A stretch of 64,000 bases of DNA from Lama glama (Eukaryota): NCBI GenBank assembly GCA_028534125.1, contig CM052817.1, forward strand, positions 30,072,001 through 30,136,000, in the 5' to 3' direction. The notes under the pieces are model-generated. The model was given only the letters and a program-made list of their open reading frames with translations. It did not search any database and was not told the DNA's origin. The first letter of the stretch is position 1. Each line of letters starts with the position of its first letter. Of this stretch, positions 1 through 13,689 are shown one piece after another. Both the position numbers and the translations under genes were made by a program.

Positions 1-2510
1 ATGTGAAGGGAATCTTAATATAACTAGATCCTACTCAAAACATTATTTTAATGAATGTCTGGACTCCTACAAAAGAAAAAAACAAACAAAAAAATTCCTG
101 TGGAATAGCTCTCCTACTTGAAAAGCAAATGCAGATAAACAAAAACCAGTAAGCTAAAAGGTGAATGAAGAGGCTGGGAAGAAATACTAATATCAACTCA
201 GAGACTGAACTTTGAATCTTAGTTAAAGTGCTATGTATCCTATACTTAGCCTCTTTAAAAGGGCCAAAGTTATCTCAGGAAAGTAGTACACTTGGAGGCC
301 TGCAGGAGCAAATGCAGATTTTTTTCTGGAAAAACAGAAACCCAATGTGGGTTCTTTGGATTCCCACAGATTGAAGTGCAAATTATTTAACTCATAAATG
401 AAGATCATCAAACATATAAGAGAACATGGAACTATTCGAGTCAGAGAAACGAATTGAAGAAACATTCTTAATTTAGATCTCCTATAACACTTCATATAAT
501 AGAACATAAAAAATAATAAAAATAATTATATAGAAAACATTTTTAAAGTAAAAGATAAAAAAATAGAAAAAGTAGGGAACTGTTAAGTATAAAAAATTCC
601 CAGAGGAACATAAAATTAAGAGAAGGAAATTAAAAAAATATAACCCATAAATATTGATACAAAAATGTTAATAGAGGAGTTAAACATATTAGATATAGTT
701 GGAAAAAAAATATAGTGAACAGAAAGATCTAAGGAAATAATCCAGAATGCAGCACAGAAAGGCAAAAGAGGAAATTATGAGGGAAAAAAATGAATCAATA
801 TAAAGAATAGAGTGTGGTATTTTAAGTATATCTAATCAAACTATTAGAAAGGAGATTAGAGAAAATAGGAGAAATCTAATACTTGAAGAGATGATAACTG
901 AGTATACCCTAGTGACAAACCCACAGACATAGAAAGCACAAGATATTCTAAACAGGGTGAAAAAAAAATGTATAAACCAGAGAACATTAAATACAAAGAT
1001 ATGATCCTAAAAGAAGTAAAAAGTATTGAAATCAAACTTCTTACCAGAAACAGTGTAAGCCAGAGAACATAGCAAAGGTTATAAAATATTTGAGAAAAAA
1101 AATTTTAAGGAAAAATATACCATTAAGAGTAAAGGTGATATATTTTGGAGAGAGTTCCTGCTGACAGAAATATATGAAAAGACTTTCTACAAAATGTAGA
1201 AAAAGAGGAAATGAATTTGGAGAAGATGTGAGAGCACAGAAAGGATAGGGATCCACTAAAAGAATAAAAATATGAATGAAAAAGTAAGAATAGAAAAAGA
1301 ATGCATAAGAAAATAGAAAGTATAACCTCTAAATGTATAAAAAGGAAAAAAATAGAATTTAAAAGAAGAAAACTTCAGGTATTAAAAAAAAAGGGTAGAA
1401 AAGAAAAATGTTACAGAAAGAGAGGGATAAGTAGGAGTCAAAAGAATACAAAAATAGAAATAAATCCAAATATATTTTTTAAAACTGTCAATAAGCAAAA
1501 ATGGAATATGTTTAATATTTAAGAACAATTTTCAAAACTGATTAAAAATATCCAGCTACATGTTTGTAAAAAACAGCTTATTTAAAACATAAGGATAATT
1601 TAAAGACATACAGTAAAAAAACAAAGAAAAAATATTAATTCAGGAAAAATATTTACCAAATAATAATTATATTAAATTCAGGCAACATATTTTAAGATAA
1701 TCTTTATTAGGAGTAAATAAGATCACTACCAAGCTTAAGATGCTTATTTCATCAAGAAGATAAGATAATTGTAAATCCATATGCCTCTAATAAAACAGCC
1801 TCAATTATAGAGAGCAAACATTTATAAAACTAAAGGAAAAAATTATAAACACACAGTCATAATTTTCTCAGATAAGTAGAGAAAATTTTTTATAAATATT
1901 TATACATTTTGAACACAATTTTGTTTGAAAAGTTTGAACTCCCCTCCCAGTATTTAAACAATAAACATCCTTCGCACACTCATAAAGCAAGTATCAATAG
2001 TCAGAAAGAAATCTGTAATCAACTTAATACATTTTAACTCAACTTGTTAGAAATGAACAGTAAAAGATAAATAAAAATTCCCAATTATTTTGTAAATTTT
2101 TTAAAAGTACACTTCTTAGTAACTATGAGTAAAGAAAGAAATCACCCTAAAGGAAATTTAAAATTAGTTATAGTGGAATAATGAAACTATTACACAGGAA
2201 ATTTGTAAAATGAAGTAAAAATAATATTTTGAAGGTAATATATGATCACCAGTATTTATATTAGAAGAACAGAAAACTTCAAAATTAAAAAGTCCAATGT
2301 TTAAACGAAGAAGGTAGCAAAAGAATAAAACATAAGAATTGCTGGGGGAAAAAAATAAAAATAACAACAGAAATAAACAAAAAAAGAAATTTAGTGGTCC
2401 CTCCCTGCCAGTAGATGTGGAACCCATGGATATAGACGTATGCATATGAAGAGAGATCATCTCCAAAGCCAAAAGCTTTGTTTGTTCTTATAAAATATTT
2501 ATAAAATTAG
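1..2510 (+). mobile_element. Ancient degenerate LINE-1 (ORF1/ORF2 remnants, L1M-type)
   Basis: Very A-rich + strand with L1 ORF1-like gaaataatccagaatgcagcacaga and ORF2-like aaagccaaaagc...ttaga motifs. No intact ORF. Confidence 0.65.
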
Positions 2511-2529
2511 AAAACTTCCAGTTAGATTT

Positions 2530-2955
2530 CTATCGTATTAGAATCCTTACTATTGGCTAGGCACTTGGTGGCCTAGAGTAATTATTACACTTTTCAGCAT
2601 CTCTGGTAGCTAGTTTTGCCCATGTGATTAAGTTCTGAGCAATTGGATGAAAGCAGCATCCTCTTTATAAGACAGTTGGCACATGCCACATTCCCTTTTC
2701 CTTTCTCCGTATTGCCTTCCTTTTGGCTGGATGGAAACATGATGGGTGGGGTTAAAGGAGCCATCTTAGTCCATGAAGTGCTTTTGGGAGTGGAGGCAGA
2801 GAAACGGTGAAAAGGCTAGGGGACAAATCCCTGGAGACTTTAGGAGCAAAGCCCTTAATTCAGTCCTGATCTGCCTGCCTTCAGACCTAAACAGAAGTAA
2901 ATTAATGTATTTTTGTCTTGTCACTGTTTTTAGTCACTGCTTACTTGCTGACAAA
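2530..2955 (+). mobile_element. MaLR (MLT1-like) LTR remnant
   Basis: Contains gtagctag...catgtgattaagttctgagcaat...ggagccatctt, typical of old MLT1 LTRs. Confidence 0.55.
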
Positions 2956-4968
2956 GAATTTTGCGGGAGGAAAAGACTCTCCAATAGATACCGTCTATTT
3001 TTCAATTAAAAATGAGGTAAATCATCAAATGGGAATGAATTCGGTTGAGGGGATGAAGTTGAAGATCTGATCAGAGAGGAGAAATAAAATAATCATTTCA
3101 TAAAGCAAGCATGTCAGAGAACAAGCTGGTATTGACAGAGAATTATCAGTGACCTTTGGTGGTGACACTGATTTAAATTGTACCAATTTGCCAAGTAGTG
3201 TAGCTTTTCTCCAGCATGTTTCAAATGTTTGGGTTGAAGTACAGAGAAGGCTGATATTTCAAAACAACCAAATATGAATTTTACTAGGAAAGTATTAAGG
3301 AGAGAAAATGTGGCAAAACATTGAGGGTCTTTGCCAAGTATTTATTATAATAAAAGGAGCATAGGACCTAGATCAGCACAAAAGGAAAACTAAGTAAGGA
3401 AATAGTGAGGTCAGTAGACTGTGGATCTTAATGAAGGTCAAGAATTTTGTAGATACACAGGCAGGGATATGGACATTTTGAAGTTCATTGTCTGAGAGTG
3501 AAATGATTTCATTCAAGATATTCTAACTTCTCTCCAACTTCTCAGTTCAAAGATCTTTTTTTCCCCTCTTTGGAGTTGCTAAAAACAAAAGATAGGACAA
3601 ACTGTCTTATGCAGTTAAAAATAAAAGCAGTATTGTTTAATGAGAAAAATTTAAAACTTTCCAAAAAAAAAAGAAATAAAATGATCTGCAGAGAAACCCG
3701 CTCCCAATGGCTCTATCTATCTATCTATCTATCTAGTCTTCTTGAAGTATAGAACCACTTTTGCCTAAAGAATCATCCGAGAAATTAATACAGACATGCA
3801 TGATGCTAATAAAAATATAAGCATTCCCATTATCCAAACTTTCATTAAGTGAACTCACAAACCTAACAGAACTGAGTATATTTTTTTCATAGATTCTTGT
3901 GAAGGAAACTATATCCTTTACTATCTAAACACTTACTACCTGAACTCTCCTTGATATTTGAAATGGGGAGTCACATATGTCTTCATGGTAGGGGAATCCA
4001 TTTAGGTATATATGTTACATTTTTCTTTTGATCTTCAATCTAATCTTTCATTCCAAATGTTTTGTACTATGTTATTAATAAACTTTGTAAAATATTTTAA
4101 TATTGTCCTCCAGAGCTTTTCTTTACCTCTCCATTTACTGTATCTGATATATTCAGTGATATCCTGCTGGCTTCAGTCTTAAGCTTTCTGCCTCCTCAAA
4201 CGTTTTTAAGCCATTTCACTTTGGTTCTTTGTTTGGCTATTTTTTTAAAAGGTAGTCTTAAAAAAATTAAAAATACATAGAAAATCTATTTTTCTGAAGT
4301 GTTTTCATACAAAATGGCTTATAAGATTTCAAACAGTTGCATATGTCAGAAGTCATTTTCAAAGAGTGATCTTTAATGTGCAGAGGTGGTCAGGCTTGGC
4401 CGATATTGCTACTATTAATGGATATCTATGGCTCTTTTGTATTTCCCACGTGGGGTTCATTAGCATTGCCAAGTGATTTAAATTATTATGAACATAATTT
4501 CAGATGGTTGAAAGTCTACAGACAAAGGAAGATCATAAATTGTAATACATGATTATAGGAGTTAATTTCATTCCAAGTGGAATTAGGATTCTTGAAACAG
4601 ACATAAGCTTTAACCTCCTTGTTATTTGCATTAAAAAGAGAAGCAAAAAAAAAAAAAAGCCACATCAGTATAATGTATAGAGCATGAAGAATTATGGACT
4701 TTGAGAATTTATTAAAGGCATGATTTAAAATGAGCTACAGAAATCACAGGCATCCATAGGCTATTAGTCTCAGACACATTGGACAGAACCTAAAAGATAA
4801 ACTGTAGCCAGACACAAAATGAATATACTTCATATCAATAGGCATTGTTCTATGCTTTTTAAACATAATGACATTTAATTTAAAGTTCTAATATAACACA
4901 AAGACAAAACTAACTCTGGGAAGGATAAAAATAATTCACAGAAGAGGCTACAGGCAAAGCTGTGTCTT

Positions 4969-4976
4969 TTTTAAAT

Positions 4977-5013
<37 letters not shown>

Positions 5014-5092
5014 GATGAAGTCCTGGGTTCAGTCCCCATGCATACTAAGCATGTGCTCTAGCGCTTGAGCTATGTCTCCCCTATCCCTCCCC
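4969..5092 (-). mobile_element. tRNA-derived SINE (Vic-1-like, camelid) with (TAAA)n tail and 12-bp TSD
   Basis: Minus-strand head ggggagacatagctcaagcgctagagcacatgcttagtatgcat. TSD aagctgtgtctt at 4957-4968 and 5093-5104. Confidence 0.85.
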
Positions 5093-5109
5093 AAGCTGTG
5101 TCTTGAGTT

Positions 5110-5630
5110 CTGAAAGTGTTTTCAACTGGCAGAGATGAGTGGAAGATGGAACACATGGCAAGGAGATGGGGAATCACATAAAAAGTCACAAAGAAGGAGC
5201 ATACAACCCATTTGGGGGGTCAAGAAATCCTCCACTGCAGGTAGAGGATAAAGTGCTTTAAGGAAAGAGAAAATAAAACAGCAAAAAAAAAAAAAATAGG
5301 GTCTGTAATTCAGGATGTGTTCATATTATTATGAAGGACCTTCTATGCTTAGTTTGGATTTTTCTCATTGTGGAATGGTTAGTTATTAAGCAGTACCTTG
5401 AAGTGATCAGATTTGGATTTTAGAAAGAAACCTCTGCTGGTGAGATGGAGGCTGAGTCGGAATAGAGAGAGACAAGGCGGGGGATTTGTTCAAGAGGCAA
5501 AGGGAAGAAGACAGAGGCCCAAGTGAGGGGAGTGGCATTAGGGGTGAAGGAAAGGGAAAGGGTCCAAGGGACACTTCAGAGAAAGAAGAGACAAGAACTG
5601 ATGAAGGACTGAACATGAGAGTGGGGTAGG
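5110..5630 (+). mobile_element. L2 fragment
   Basis: Purine-rich, with tttggattttagaaag...tggaggctgag L2-type motifs. Confidence 0.55.
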
Positions 5631-7174
5631 GGGAATAGAAACAACAGTGAGTATAAGCATTCTCTTTTGACCAATAGTGTGGGCGTGGCCTCCCAGATGG
5701 GCAGAACCTTAGATAGCTTTCTGAGCAGGCGGCTCTGCACTCAGGCATTTGTGTAGTGGTGAGTATTGGAACTTTCATGCATGTGAAGGTGTTAATGCAT
5801 ATGTTTCTGCAGAGGCTTCCAGATGCCATTTTCTTAGAAATGACTTCTTATCAGGAAACAAAATGAAACAGAATAAAACTAATTGGCAGAGAGGGTGAGT
5901 TTCTCTTTACGTTCACTGGCAAATCTTGGCAGTCAATCATATATTGCTTGGACAAGTGTCTTCTGTTGAATGGAGACACTGACTACAAATATGGAGCTCT
6001 TCAATATATATGAAAAAATATATATGACTTTCCCCTAAATTCTACCACTATTACTAACAATTTTTTTTTCTAAAACACTTACCTAGATATAAAATGTTGG
6101 GGAGTGGTGGCATAAATTATACAGACCACATCTTCCAGAGACTACCAAGGTACAAAACTTTATGAAAGAACAATGACCTTCTCAAATGTTCCTTCCCAGT
6201 GAGGTCAGCATCATTACCCGGCATTTATTAGAGACCATACTGTATATGGACGCTTTGGGGTTGATTTGTAAGTGTGGAGCCTCATGCATTCCATATCAAA
6301 GTTTATTGATCTAATATAAGGTTGCCCGAGCAATTATTGCCACCTTCTTCACAGAATCCCAGGTGAGTTCATTATTTTATGATCTTCATCCATCACAAGA
6401 ACTCTGGAAGTTACCAAAGTGATAGTGTTACAGAGTTATGCAAATATTCTTTGAGAAAGATGTTAAATGGGTGAATCATGTACCTCAAGGGAACCACAAA
6501 TGCTCTTAGCTTATTAGTCATTTCTTTATGAGCAACTGTGTCTCTGTAACTTAAAAAAAATAATTTTTATTGTGTATCGGAAATTTTTCTCTCTTTATCC
6601 TGCAAGATGATATTAATGAATGTAAAACACAAAATTAGATCATCATATTTGCATTTGCTCCCAGGTTTCCTTAACCTCCCTATATCTATGCAAATAAATC
6701 TTGAGAGTCCACTAAAAAAAATTCTCTAAGAATAAAAATGTTTTGATGACATCATTATATTTTAAACCAGCTTCCAAGGTGCAGCTAAATGAGTGAGTCC
6801 CATTATACGTGAGCACTTTGTTAAACTTTTATTAAAGAGGAAGTTGCAGCAAAGATTGTATCCTAATCAGGATCTTGAGCAAACCAGTAAAAACTTGGAT
6901 ATTTTACATATTGAAACTATTCAATAAAGAATCTAGTACAATGTGTGGTTGTAAGAATCTAATATACTATGACGTGACTGAGTTTTAACTTGAAGTATTT
7001 TTCCTGGTGTTTTCTGTGTATCTCTTCTCAAAGGTATTTTCCCTCATCCCCTTTCTATAGGTTTTAGATATTCACTTCATAAGCAATCACACAGACTATA
7101 ACTGGACAGAAATACATGTGTCCAGGCAAAACTGTCCACCTTCAGGAAATAATCAGTGTTGCATAATAACAGAG

Positions 7175-7390
7175 CTGGTGCTGAGGTCCCTTTCTTTACC
7201 CCTTCCTGGTTGTGTGACACTGGAAAGTTACTTAACTCCAGTGTGCTTCAGGTATCCTGCTGGTTAATGGGCACAATATTAGTACCTGCCTTATATATTT
7301 TATGATAATTAAATGAGTGGATTTATAGAAACGTCTTTGCATAGTGGCTGCCAAAGTAAATCTGGAGCAATACATGTTAACTGTCATTGA
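7175..7390 (+). mobile_element. MIR SINE
   Basis: MIR core tgtgtgacactggaaagttacttaactcc...ttaaatgag. Confidence 0.7.
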
Positions 7391-8119
7391 TAAGAACTGT
7401 ACGATGGAGAAAGGAAGAGAAAACGGGATAGCTTAAAAAGCAAATACAGAAATGGGTACATCTGGATCCTCGCAGACCACATGAGGAGGATAATGAAAGG
7501 GAAGCCTCTCTCCATCAAGGCTACCTGAGAGCAGAATGAGAAGGAGACTCAGGGCCAGTTGCTTGAGGAATTTATTACCAAACCAGAGCCTGGACATTTG
7601 TGGATTGCCAAACATGTGATGATGAAGACACCCCGAAACACTTCTGGCCATGTGTGTGGTAACCTGGTAGAGGATCAAGGCATACTGGGTCAGCTTCACC
7701 CTGTGATCAAGGTCGAACTGGAAGTGAGCAGATAGAGATTTCTCTATGAGCATATGCTAGGTCAGCATTAGACACATCACCTGTTACACATGGTTCTGAT
7801 TTGCAGAGTCTGACACAGATCTCCACTTTTTCATTGAATATCAACACATTTATACACAATAATAAATAAATAAGTAAATAAATAAATTTTATCACAGTAG
7901 AAAGGGTCTAAAACCTATTACTAGTCTTTACAAAGCATTTTCACTAATTACAAGGATGATGATACTTTATTTTAATATAAAACATTGACCATTTATGCAG
8001 TTCTGTCACTCGAGAGTAGAAGCAAGACCTGTCTTCTACCACTGATGTCTCCTCTGCATTCAAAATAGAAAACCCATACTTATATTATCAGTCTGTTTAG
8101 CAACTCTCCTGAAAGTTGA

Positions 8120-8660
8120 TTGGAAACTGAGAAAGCTTGGAAGGTCCATGCCCTTTCCTCATACCTTGCCCTACAAATCTCTTCCATCTGGCTGTTCCTG
8201 AGTTATATTCTTTCATAATAAACTAATTATCTAGTAAGTAAAATGTTTCTCTGAGTCCTATGAGCTGTCCTCGCAGATTAATCAAACCTGAGGATAGAGT
8301 TATGGGAATCTCTGATTTATGGCCAGTTGGTCGGAGCATATGTAAAGCCTAGACTCGTGAATGACTTCTGACGTCCCAGGTGGGGGTCATTGGAAATGCC
8401 AGTCTAGAGCTGGTCTGTCAAAAGTATAGGCGACAACCAGAGCTTGTGATTGGTACTTGAAGTGGGGGGTGGGCACTGTAAGGAGGGGAGGTCTTATAAG
8501 ACTGAACCCTTAACCTGTGGAATCTAAAACTGTCTCTGGGTAGTGTCAGAATTGAGTTAAATTGCAGGACAGCTGGCTAGTGTACCGAGCATTGTTTAGG
8601 ATGTGTGTGGGGAAACCCCCCACTGCCCAACACACACTTTGGAACTGGTGCCAAAACACC
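8120..8660 (+). mobile_element. MER21-like ERVL LTR fragment
   Basis: cataccttgccctac...ctcttccatctggctgttcctgagt...aataaac...taacctgtggaatct...gtgtcagaattgagttaaattg matches the MER21 family as I recall it. Confidence 0.7.
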
Positions 8661-10769
8661 CAATTTAGTAAGTAATCAGAACAACAGAATATGCTAAATT
8701 GAATATTAAACTAAATTAAGCTTACTATGCCTGATGCAGCCATCTGACAATAGACATGATTTTGCCCATACTCAGGGACAAGAATGTTCTTCAGTGTTTG
8801 CTAAGTCTGTCTCTTTTGGGGTCGAGTTAGGATGGGTACTGCAGATGTTTCTTTCTAAGGATCTACTTTGGTTAGACTTCCATGAATAACGAACAACACT
8901 TCTATTTAAATTTACTATTTAGAAATGTTAAAACTTGTAATCAAGTTATATCCATATGACCTGGAAGATATTTTGCCCTTTAAATATGACATTGAAACTT
9001 CTTGTTTGACTTTAGGGTTTAATTCTCAGAAAATGTAATTCTTTGATTTCCAGTATCAAAGAGGTGGGGGTGCATATCTATTGAGCCTCTAAAGTTTTTA
9101 TTTGATGCAAAACAATCTGGACCTAAAATATAATATTAAGTCAGAAAGTCATCTGATTAGTAAAATGCCTTTCAGGATGCCAGATGTGAGTTTACCACGG
9201 AGTTCTCAGAATAGCCAAAGAGTAGTAATTGCAATCGCATAAAAAGTGAAAACACACGCAGCTGTGATCGGCTTGCTCAGAAGCTCAACAAGACAAATCT
9301 CATTTTTCTTGACTTTCAGTCTGTCATTGTTACACCACAAGTAACTTCTCTGTCTCTGTACGATAGCTTTAAATATGCATACCCATTCATCCCATTATTC
9401 TTAACCTACGTGAACAGCTGGATTCATTACATACACAGAACTTTCTTTTTTCTCTACTGAGAATGAGATGAGAGAATAATTTAAAACGCTTACAATCAGA
9501 TTTGAATGAAATGGCAAATAAGCAAGATGCGGGTGCCCTTCTGGGCTTTCTGTTCCAGCAGCTACGTGTCTCCTGGTAGACAGAATGCTGTGGGCTTCTT
9601 AATGAAGCCCAAGAGTTCTGTATTCCTTGCCCTATAATTTTCTGGACAAAGTGAGCTGTTGTCTCTGCCAAGAAAGAACTACACACTTCATTATCTTTTC
9701 AATAGACCTGAAAATTATTTGTTTAAAAATCTTTCCCACTGTCACATTTAAAGGTGTTTGCAAAGGTGAATGTTATAGATTTCCCTATAATTAGAATTTC
9801 AGAATTGCCTCACGTTCATTCTCTCCTATATTTCAATAAGAAACTGAAGTTTAAAAATCACCTGCCTCCCATGGCTTGGTTTCTTTCCCAAGAGTTGTCC
9901 CTTCTTAATTCATCAATATTTTGCTTCTCAAACTGCTCCCTTCTCATGCATTCATTATTCCCTTTTATTCTCTTGAGAGCACTTCACAGTGAATCTTCTC
10001 AGGGACAGATTGCACCATGCCCTTAATTTCTCTCTTCACTACCCACAAAATCATCGCATAACAACAATGGAAATTTATCTAGTATGTACAGCATTTCATT
10101 TCTGATGTCTCTTTACCTTGAAGAATGCTATCATTCTGGGACCCTTTTTTGGCCACTTTTGCCCAATGTACATTTCTAAAGCATTTCATAACTCAATTCT
10201 CCAAACATTTCTACATTTTCAATAGTTTTATAGAGCGTCAGTTGTGGTCTGTATGCAGGCTGTTTGCATTTTTTAAAGAACTCTAGCTGAGAGTTCTCAA
10301 TCCCCTCTTTATTTTAGATCTACTTAATTGCTAATGAGCAAAACCAATGTGAAATACTGTTGATTTCTGACATTATCATATTTTAATATCCTGTCCATTA
10401 GTTTCTTCTCACCAAATAGATTGCATTGCCCATGTTTATCCTTCCTTTCCTAGTCTTTCCAAAATGTGACAGATAAAATTTCTTGTCCCTGCCTTAAAGA
10501 ATTGACATACATCATCTCAAATCACTTTCTTTTTCATACCAATTTACGTGGAAGAGCTCAGAAGGTAGTGCCAAACCCACCTACTTGCACTGGGAGTAGC
10601 AGGAAGGCATCAGGAACTAAGTAGAGATCTAAGTAGCAGATCTTTTTCTGCTGCTTACTAGCTATTTAATTAAAAAAAAAAGACCTGTTTGCATGTAATT
10701 GTGATTTTTTAACACTGCGGTTTATTTTGAGATGATTGTATGTATACTCTATGAGAAATCAATGCTTTG

Positions 10770-11335
10770 TTGAGGGTTTGGTGGAATAGTTCTCAACGTT
10801 CACTCCACCGTACTCTGAGGGAGCCAAGTTAGCATCTTCATTTTTCAGACTCTTATGCAGCTAGAGATCTAGATTTGACTTAGATTCAACCAAACAGATA
10901 AACTTACAGAAGAACTGAAAAGTGAAAACCAAAACATCAAGGGCACCTCTTGCTTCTGCTGTTTATTCTAGTGAAGCACAGTCTAGGAGATTTGGGGGTT
11001 TTTTAATAGTAATACTAGCAGTAGTCCCACTCTTCTGTCTCCATAGACCCTGAAAGGAGGCATCAGATATTTTCCTGATAATGATAAAGATAATGATAGT
11101 TACTAATAATGACAGTTACATAGCTGATTGTGGCAGTGGTGTTAGTTTTGGCATCTGTGGCTCCCTGATTCTAGGGGAGGTAACAACTCCCTTGGTAGCC
11201 GTTTTGCAGCACATCTTTGAGAGACTTTCCTAACCTAGAGCTTCCTTCTGCAGTCTTCCAATGAGTCTCTGTGCAATTCATATGCTATAAGAAATACATT
11301 CTTGGCTTTTTTTGGTATACATCTTAACAATGATT
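10770..11335 (+). mobile_element. Old ERVL-class LTR (LTR33/LTR16-like), putative 5' LTR
   Basis: ttttcagactcttatgcagctagagatctagatttgacttagattcaaccaa..., followed by an internal-like start aataactggtgacaagagtg. Confidence 0.45.
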
Positions 11336-11519
11336 GATGAAATAACTGGTGACAAGAGTGCTTGAAAGTAATAGATTCTTAAGGAAATGAGAATTTGGAG
11401 TTGATTAGGTGCCTTGGCTCAGTTTTAAGTTGCCAATTTTCCTACTAACATGAGCTGGGCTATGGGTAGTCTATGACATGCAATGTTAAATGGGTTACTT
11501 GAATTATGAGAGATAGTGA

Positions 11520-11780
11520 ATGAGATTGGTTGAAATCATAGACTTTAGAGATTTATGACTTATGTTTGAATTCAGGTTCTACCATATAATATCTGTGTGG
11601 TCTTTGGCAGGTTATTATTTATCTGTCTCACTTTCCTCATCTGTATTATAGTCCTAACTTATAGCTTTGTTATGAAGATAAATATATATATTTAAAGTGC
11701 CTAGAAAGATGTCTGGCAGGGAGTGCATTTTTATTATTTGTAAGTTTCATCATTACTATTATTATTGTAATAGTTGTTAT
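11520..11780 (+). mobile_element. MIR SINE
   Basis: gactttagag...tttgaattcaggttctacca...tttcctcatctgta...aaagtgcctagaa. Confidence 0.75.
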
Positions 11781-11789
11781 TAGTCAAAA

Positions 11790-12278
11790 ACTATGAAGTC
11801 TAGGATTTTACCCTACAAGTTTATAAGTTAGCCAGCCACAGTTTTCTGAATACTGGCAGGAGACATGAAATTCCTAGGTCAGAGACAAAAGACAGTTTTT
11901 TACTCAAAATTGTAGCAATAGCCAGCATATCATCATGTTTGGATGCATTTCCTGAGCCCCAATTCCTACAGAGCAACAAAAAGAGATTCAAGAGACACCT
12001 GTACACACAATAGGTTTCATTTTAAGAGAGGAACTTCAAGCTTAGGGAATGTCAATCTTTTGTAATGGGCAATAAACCTGCATGATTTTGCCCCAAAGAA
12101 AGACATTATTTATCATATCAGACTGTAAACAACTTGACTTTGCAACTGTCTTTATCTGCCAAAGTGGTTTGTTATGCAAACATATTTGTAAAGATAGTCT
12201 GGGACAAAGGCAGCCATTGCCTTTGCTGACAAAAGGTGCAGAATTGAAATGTAAGGGACTCATGGAGAATTGTTGCAC
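11790..12278 (-). mobile_element. Solo LTR (ERVL-type MER element, family not determined)
   Basis: Minus strand starts tgtgcaacaattctccatgagtcc, and an aaactgtcttttgtctctgacctaggaatttcatgtctcctgccag block near its end is LTR-like. Confidence 0.55.
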
Positions 12279-13689
12279 AAAGATACGCCTCTTGAGCTAC
12301 AAATTCTTGGCTTCTGTTGATTTTTCCTGTGAGTCTGTGCCACTTTATTTATTCTCCTAATAAATCTGGCTGATAAAGGATTGGATTATATCTGATCAGT
12401 TTGTCTCACACAGCTTTTAACTAGGGCTATCATCAACCCTACTCCAAGAAGCAGGACAAAGCAAACCTGCAGTCCCGAAAACAACCGTGGTCTCCCAGGT
12501 CCTCAAACCCAACCAGCTGAACAAATCCCATAAACCACTGAGGCCTACCTTTAAGAAGCCTAGGAAATTTTCTCTAAGTTTTTGTGTTAACCTTTCCCTT
12601 TGTCCTGAGCCATTAATCTATGTAGAATGGAATGTATTAACAATTGCACAGAGTCTGGCCTGGCCCTCAAGGAGGAAAATATAGGACTGTTCTATCATCC
12701 TTAACAGCCCAGTCCAGTGAGTTGCGGATGACCTGAATGTCTTTATTGGTCAAGGTAATGTCATTGATCATTTCAGGTAAAGTCAGGAAACACACTTCCT
12801 ATCACCATTTCTAATTAAATGACTCCCATTATAAGGATAAACTGCCCTCAGGACAGATATAAATACTGAGTCAGTTATCTCTCCAAGAAGCCCCTCTGAA
12901 CAATCAAGGATAACCTCATTTTGGAAAAAGCTTTATAATCTGAGGGCTAAATGATCTACTGACAATGTTTCCTTAAATACTTGAAGGCCTCTAAAGTACA
13001 ATTCACCATGTTTTTAGGAGGAAAGCAAGTTAGTGCCTGGTATCCATAGAAGAATTATCGTCCTGGAGCACACTTGGTTCTCTTGGAAAGAAACTGTTAT
13101 TTGTAATTGTCAGGGCCCTCCAACTGGGACCTATATAAGTTGAGAGGCATGACTTGATAGTGCTTCCAATATGGCTGAGAACAACAACAACAACAAAAAA
13201 GTGAAACGGTTAGAAGAGGAAGAAGGTTATAATCATCTTGAAGCATAGTTTCGTCATTAGTTGGAAAACAATAGACAGAAGTATTTACTCATGATTTCTT
13301 TCTTACCCTGTTGTATATAGATTTTTTTCTTCTTTTCTCTCTTCCTTTTGCCCATATCTCACATAGCCTACGGTTGTAGAGATAGGCTCTATATCATTAT
13401 AGAATGTCAACACAGAAGTGACTGTACTAATGAATACTGAGACTGAATGCTTCCCAGAGACTGAATGCTTTTTCTCTTTTTTCCTTTAGGAGAGCTGTTG
13501 AAAATATTTCTGCTGTTCAGTGATGGTTTCATTATGTTTGATATTAGCTTACTGTTTTCTCTATTGTGTTTTTTTTAAAATAAATTTAAGTGTGGAAAGA
13601 AGGCCATTTATGGAAACAGAGCAGTCAAATGGTAAACTGACAGTAGGATGACTTCTTATATTTTGGAAGGTTGAAAGATAAATATTATA

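Noticed and set aside
1301..1522. Lys-rich 73-aa ORF
   Set aside because: Compositional artefact of A-rich degenerate L1 sequence.
5015..5080. tRNA gene
   Set aside because: The tRNA-like boxes belong to a TSD-flanked, A-tailed SINE, and the A and B boxes are on opposite strands.
7400..7890. Possible retrocopy (106-aa ORF next to an (AATA)n tail)
   Set aside because: No recognisable protein similarity and no TSD found. Cannot be supported without a database search.
13439..13470. Tandem gagactgaatgctt x2
   Set aside because: Trivial local duplication.
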